This document shows positions 58,601 to 64,000 of a DNA stretch of 64,000 nt, piece after piece; position 1 is the stretch's first letter, and each line of letters begins with the position of its first letter. The stretch spans positions 24,094-88,093 of the IMG/VR virus record IMGVR_UViG_3300021400_000761; one strand, written 5' to 3'. This stretch comes from a virus (taxonomy: Duplodnaviria; Caudoviricetes). A program made the translations under genes and the position numbers. The notes under the pieces were generated by a model. That model worked only from the letters and a program-made list of their open reading frames with translations, made no database searches and was not told where the DNA came from.

Positions 58601-60627
58601 AAATTATAAATTCTTATACCATTGTGTCTAATATCAGATGCAATATTTCCTCTTAAAAAAGATTCAGTAAACCAGCCTAATTTTATATCGTTTATGATTG
58701 TCTAATCTGTCGAATCTGCGTAATGTACATAGGTATCAGGAACTATAGAACCTCCTAATACTGAAAAAAGTTTATTTAATGCAGCATTTCCATATAAAGA
58801 TTCGGTATCATCAGTATATATAATGGCAGGTTCAGTTTCAGATTTGTAATTTACTGTTTGCGACTAATCTTCTTCTTTTTTTACATAGTGTGTATATTGT
58901 TTATAAAATGTCCATAATATAGGTTTATCATTGATAGTAGAAGATATAGAAGAATTATAATATAATAAAGGTAAATAAGAAAACTTCTAATCACTTCCAA
59001 TCCTAACACCTTGGGCAAGTATTGTTTTTAACCTCTTCTATCGTACAAAAAAATACCCAATTGTATTTTCTGGCAATTGAGATAAAGTAAATTTAATACC
59101 TAATGCTCTAGTCTCACTTAAATTGTAATAATCTTCTGGAAACTAAAATATACCATATTCATTATTATCTAAATTACCTTTAATATTGAATACTGGAGAT
59201 AATGAATAATCAGACATTATATATACAATTCCAAACCTATAATATTCTCCTGGCCAATATCCAGTGAAATAATATATATTGTTAGTATTATAATATCCTC
59301 CTTCAGAAGAAATAATATGTCCATCTCTTAAGTATTCATATTTTGAGACATATTGAAAATTAGTTGAAACATTTCCTAAGGCTTGAGTTATAAATTCGTA
59401 TGAGATATTAGTTTTTGAAAACGTTTCTAAATCTTTATAATACTAGTCCTACTTAGATAAATTACCATAGAACAATATATTTTGATTAATACTCTATGCT
59501 TTAGCTTTATCTATAGTTAAATAGTTAGTATTTATAGTTGTGGAATCAACATCTGTAGTTGGTTCGAATCCAGATATAATAAACGTAGAATAATATTCTT
59601 TTTTCTACTCATCGTAGCTAACTTCAAAATATTTATTTATTTTTTCATAAGTTGTTAAAGCGGTACCACTAGCGTCTGATGAATTACGAGAATAATAAAC
59701 ATAAACTCTACTAAATTGCCTTGGAATATTAGATAAAGTAAAACCAACTTGTTTATAACTATTTTCATCTTCTAGACCTCCGTCAATGCTGAAAGGATCA
59801 TTTAAATTACCTTTATGACAAGTTACCATACTTGACTACCCAACAAAGTCAGACTCATTATCATCTGCATCAGCGAGAGTAAAGTAAAAAGTATATGTTC
59901 CTACTTTAAGGTATCCACTAGTCTAAACGCCATCAAATTTAATATCGACAATGCTATTTACTATTTTATGTAAAGATGTAGAATATTCAAAGTCTTCTTC
60001 AAAATAAATATTTGTATCATTATCTCCAGACCTATCTACTAATTCGTATTCATTATCTCCATATAATGAAAATCTAGTGTTTATAAGTCTTGGTATATTT
60101 TTATTATCTGTGAATATAAGATTAACTGAACCATCGTAAGATTTCTAACAATCTATAGTTAAAGGATGTTCTACATCAAAATTAAGAGATTTAGTATTAA
60201 ACTAAGAGTTTATAAGAGCTGTCGTTTTCTATTCTTCAGATAGATTTTTAAACTCGTTCGCTGTTATATCAGATAAATAATTGTGTAAAGGCTCATATTG
60301 GTATATCAGTTTACCTTTTTTGTTAGAATAATCTGGAGAGGGAAATGTTCCAATTTCACAATAGTTGGTTTTCGGATTAACCGAAAATATATAAAGTATA
60401 CCTCCAAACTCTTTGAGTCCGATAGGTACAAATCCATCTTTTAACTAAACATATGTATCTTTTTCAATTGGAATCTTTGAATTACCTATATCGTTTTGTA
60501 GGATTAGTTCATTTCCATTATATGTAATTAGAGTGCCATTTAAACAGTTAGTTAATACATTATTAGGAGTAGCTAAAGGATGTGCATCCATTACTAAACC
60601 ATCTTGAAACGTATTAGTTGCATTCAT
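55681..60627 (-). CDS. tail stabilisation / muzzle protein (P22 gp10-like), about 1648 aa (TAG=Gln)
   Basis: N-terminus NTFQDGLVMD...NCLNGTLITYNGNELILQNDIGN; internal YTR[Q]YGEIVKL...VFEHAIALIEVNER; C-terminus DKYVRIRVRYTGD[Q]LAIISAI; fragments in frame. Confidence 0.85.
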
Positions 60628-61181
60628 ATTATATCATAATTTTTACTATCTATCATAAGATCTTTTAATGTCATCGCTTTTTCTCTTGAATATACCAACT
60701 ATACATTTTTAATAGTAGCTTGCTCTCTATAATACTAATATCCTAAATCTGTAATCGCTTTGAATCTGACAAAATGTTTCATACCGTCATAAAACACTTT
60801 TGCGGCATCTAAACATTTAAACATTGTTACTTTGTTGACTTTAATGTTTTTAATGGGGTTTACTTTTGTCAATTTCTCATAATATTTATCTGGAATGGCT
60901 AAATAATAATATCCATCCCAGTCATGTTTTTGTTCAAAGATATATCTGATTTTCATAAGTAATTTACGTTTATAATAATGGTAATGTTTAATACCATCAT
61001 AAGTTAATTCACCTATATAAAACCATAAATCTTTATTTTGTATTTGGACATCGAGACCTCGTCTTACTAATCTGAACATAAGACGAAATCCAAAGTTTAC
61101 AATTTTTTTAATGTCGGATCTTAAAACATTAGGATATTTCTCTTGCAGCTAATCTATATAATCATCAACATATTTAATCAT
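60624..61181 (-). CDS. putative IHF/HU-like DNA-binding protein, 185 aa (TAG=Gln)
   Basis: MIKYVDDYID[Q]LQEKYPNVLRSDIKKIVNFGFRLMF (HU-like helical start). Its position just before the muzzle gene fits the crAss gene order. Confidence 0.5.
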
Positions 61182-61621
61182 TAGTAATAAGATTTACCAT
61201 TATTTGCATTTTCAGCTATCTTCATTTTTCTTTTAGTATCAAGATGGATAGGTTTTTCTACAGTATACCCAGCTTTTTGGTATTTAAACATAGGTAAATA
61301 TCCCGTAAAATTAGTAGACAGATAATCTATCTCTTTCCAAAGTCCACGTTTTCTACGTTTTAAGAACTCTTCATCCGAATATCCTTTAATATAAATTTCT
61401 GCAGTTACACCTTTAGCTAACTTAAAATCAAACGTATTACTATTATCTATAATATCATCTATTATTAGCTATAACGCATCTGCAAAAATCATATTCGCAA
61501 GATATTCTTTATGTTCTGATTTTACAAGTTCTTTAACGTATTTACGTTCTGTCTTGATACGTCTGTTGTTAAACGGAAGAAATAACTAAGGTCCATTTAT
61601 AGCATGTCCAAGAGCATACAT
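61181..61621 (-). CDS. hypothetical / second IHF-like protein, 146 aa (TAG=Gln)
   Basis: MYALGHAINGP[Q]LFLP...; two in-frame TAG; TAATG coupling. The IHF call rests on synteny only. Confidence 0.55.
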
Positions 61622-61622
61622 A

Positions 61623-62315
61623 TTAATTAATTGGTTTAAATGACTTTCCGTATATCTTTCTATTAAATGTAACTTTCGCGTCAAGAATCTTATCCATATC
61701 ATTTTGATTAATATATTCAGAGACTCTTGCTGCATCACATAATTGTAACCATCTTTGATTTAAGAGTTGTGCCTCCTAAATAATTGTCGGATTATGAGTT
61801 CTCATACCTTCTTTAAATTTCTAAATATATGCAATAAAACAAGCTATTGCGTCTTTCTATTTCTCATTTACATAAGGTAATCCTTCATCATCAACTTCTT
61901 GTCCTTTATATAAGATTTGGATCGGACCATATTCTTTATCAAAGAAAAGTTGATCTCCAACCCTCTCATATTTTACATATTTACCTCGTTGGTATAGAGG
62001 ATCTTGAAACTCTTTTAATGATTCAATATATGATTCTGTGAATTGTGAGTGAAAATCTCCATTAGGCGTATCATTAGTTACTCTATTCCAATCTTCATAG
62101 AAATAATTAACTGATTCAATCACATCACAATTACAGGGTAAAGTTACTTGTTTGTTTGCACAATCTACGTCTACAACAAATCTATATAATCTTGTATTAT
62201 GTAAACCTATTTTATTCCAAGCTATTAAAGCAATTTCAATAAGACTATCTGAGTCTGTAAGATCTACATCATACATAAGGTTTGCCTACCACAAAGCTGC
62301 TTTAATACTATCCAT
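61623..62315 (-). CDS. conserved crAss tail ring protein (gene 73-like), 230 aa (TAG=Gln)
   Basis: IEIALIAWNKIG...LPCNCDVIESV...KILDAKVTFNRKIYGKSFKP. Confidence 0.7.
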
Positions 62316-63001
62316 TATTTAGGTACTTGGTTATTAGGTTGCTAAGGTTGTAATAACTATTTATAATAATAAAGCTTCTTTTTAGTTATTCTTTCCTTAA
62401 TTTCTGCATCTAAGAAAGACATATTGTTCATATCTGCATCGCATTCGCATCCAAATTTACTAAGTTGTCGTTCATCTTTAAATACACCAATCACTGTAAC
62501 ACGTTTAATAAAAGGTGCATTAAATACCCAACAATCACACATTCCATTTTCATTTGGAGATACGTTTACATATACATAAGGTTTATCGTTTCCCCACTTT
62601 CTATAACGTCTATAACGTAAATTATTAGCTTTCGTATAAACAACAAACGGATTCTAGAGATCTGGAGAACCTATGTATTCAATACCTACATCTCCAAAAT
62701 CAGTTAACAATATCGGTATTTCAAAATGCATTGTAGGAGTTCCTCCCCATAGAGAGTTGTCTTCCTAACATTTAGAACAATTTTCAATATCTTTACAATC
62801 TATAGGTATACAAGATATTGTTCGCATTAAATCCTACTTAGGAATAATCCCTTTTAATGTGTACTATTTAATTACTGCAAGTCTTTCTTCTGCTATTTCG
62901 TCTTCTAACTATTCTAAAGATAAAGTTGGAGTTGAAGAATAACCTCTTAAACCTCCAACTATATCATTATAAATAGCTGATGCTAATTTACTATATGCCA
63001 T
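62315..63001 (-). CDS. conserved crAss structural protein (gene 74-like ring protein), 228 aa (TAG=Gln)
   Basis: MAYSKLASAIYNDIVGGLRG...LSLE[Q]LEDEI...KPYVYVN...FNAPFIKRVTVIGVFKD; ends VPK-TAA. Confidence 0.7.
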
Positions 63002-63004
63002 AAT

Positions 63005-63033
63005 AAAAAAGGTGGTGGAATCCCACCACCTTT
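63005..63033 (-). terminator. intrinsic terminator after the capsid-associated gene
   Basis: Perfect 11-bp stem AAAGGTGGTGG / CCACCACCTTT, 4-nt loop, T-run. Confidence 0.85.
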
Positions 63034-63043
63034 AGCTTTTTAA

Positions 63044-64000
63044 TTAAGGATTAGTTTCTTCGCTATCTGTGGAACTATCAGTAGCTGGTTTATTTACTGT
63101 ACTAGCTTTTCTGTCTTCATCATGTTCAAACTTTTCAATGGTAGCTGGATCATGAGTAGGATCGTCATTAATAATACCTCCCTCTGTACCGCCTTCGCCA
63201 GAACGAACACCTGTAACAGTAATGAGCTTTTTATTCCAACCGATGTCTTCGATTGCCTGTAACAAAGCATCGTCAAGTCCTGCACCGCAACCACAAGCAG
63301 GAACAAAGAAGACGTGAGTAGTCTTTGAGTGAGTTACCTCACCAACAGCTGAACCACCGAGAACACCACGACAAGAAATCTAGTGAATAGTGTACTGTGT
63401 ATACTTGTTGCCAGGAATAGGCATTTCGCTTTCGTTGAGAGATTTCCAGCGGAAGTTCTCCATAGTAGGAAGACGAAGATCTTTAAGCAACTCTTCATAA
63501 GTACCAAAGCCATTTACACCCTGATAAGCGTGGATAAACTCTTTCTCAGATTTCCAGACAGGTTGCTTAGAAGTATCACAGGTGTTTTCACCCTCATAAC
63601 AATCGAGTTCAGTAAGTTCGTCAACTGTTATCCAACCACCTTCACGATAGGTGCAACAATCAGAAATTTCAGGAACATAAACCTTTAGCTGAGCTTCTGT
63701 GAACCAACCATAGTTGTCATTTTCAAAGATTAAGTTATCACCATCATAAGAAACTTTTAGATAAACATCACCATAAAGACGGATAATCTTATTGATCATC
63801 TTAGAAATCTTTTCAGCGGTATTCTATTTATTTGTCCATTCATAATGGAAATCCTTACCTTTGAAAACAAAATCATTACTATAGAAAGAATTGTTGTCAC
63901 CAGAACGTTTTAGATAGAAATCTAATTTAAATCGTTTAGCATTCTTAATATCATCATCTGCAGCAACAGCAGCATTAAAACCTGCAATATTAATCTTAAG
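63044..64000 (-). CDS. 5'-truncated crAss auxiliary capsid protein (gene 75-like, follows MCP) (TAG=Gln)
   Basis: Frame open to the window edge. GFGTYEELLKDLRLPTMENFRW...PGNKYTQYTIH[Q]ISCRGVLGGSAVG...THVFFV. Strong codon bias; two in-frame TAG; ends TAA. Confidence 0.7.

Noticed and set aside
26395-60627. Group I introns or inteins in the RNAP, helicase or muzzle genes
   Set aside because: I saw no frame jumps, embedded homing-endonuclease ORFs or intein terminal motifs in the parts I translated. Not excluded without full alignment.
25344-63001. Apparent enrichment of TAG in the first 12 codons of late genes (codons 3, 4, 7, 10, 10, 11, 12)
   Set aside because: Only 7 of 16 complete genes show it, and others have their first TAG around codons 22-125. 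Given the overall TAG density this may be chance, and it needs a permutation test.
22187-63688. + strand ORFs in the track over the late arm (e.g. 25984-26388, 48269-48694, 51473-51796, 63383-63688)
   Set aside because: They are antisense shadows of the recoded - strand genes, with no recognisable motifs and Ser/Phe/Leu-rich mirror composition.
20437-64000. Mass pseudogenisation or poor assembly as the cause of the fragmented - strand ORFs
   Set aside because: The breaks I checked are all TAG, frames are kept across kilobases, catalytic motifs are intact, and genes end in TAA/TGA. Decay would give frameshifts and all three stop types.
1-64000. Suppressor tRNA-CUA, other tRNAs, release-factor gene, CRISPR array
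   Set aside because: By eye I found no cloverleaf or spaced direct-repeat array, and most gaps are filled by small ORFs or terminators. A tRNAscan-SE run is needed, and such genes may lie outside the window.
63044-64000. Major capsid protein call
   Set aside because: The motifs fit the protein that follows MCP in crAss gene order, not an HK97-fold MCP. MCP, portal and terminase should lie beyond the right edge.

Overview
A 64-kb segment of a crAss-like phage genome (Crassvirales), AT-rich, with a probable Bacteroidota host. It has two convergent arms that meet at a terminator hairpin near 20,400. The + strand arm (1-20,378) holds early/middle replication and nucleotide-metabolism genes: PD-(D/E)XK exonuclease, DUF932, class II ribonucleotide reductase, dUTPase, ATP-dependent ligase, family B DNA polymerase, thioredoxin, ThyX, a metallophosphoesterase and an AAA ATPase. 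It also carries many small ORFs and a host-like OmpA/lipoprotein pair, and it reads intact in the standard code. The - strand arm (20,437-64,000) looks shredded in the supplied ORF track because TAG is read as Gln (code-15 type). With that reassignment the fragments join in frame into 17 long genes, all ending in TAA or TGA. These are capsid-associated and tail ring proteins, two IHF-like proteins, the muzzle/tail stabilisation protein, cargo proteins, a DUF192 protein and four coupled ejection-type proteins (SF1 helicase domain, virion RNA polymerase with a DYDVD motif, zincin, PD-(D/E)XK domain). I found no tRNA, CRISPR array, intron or intein in the window. The most unusual patterns are complementary terminal cysteines on the four consecutive ejection-type proteins, a recurrent K-x-Q-x-G-G-like motif in cargo proteins, a host-type promoter/terminator unit around a TAG-TAG-gated small protein, and the phage-borne OmpA. 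Long-gene boundaries were rebuilt by hand from frame consistency and spot translation, so they need a code-15 gene-calling run to confirm.
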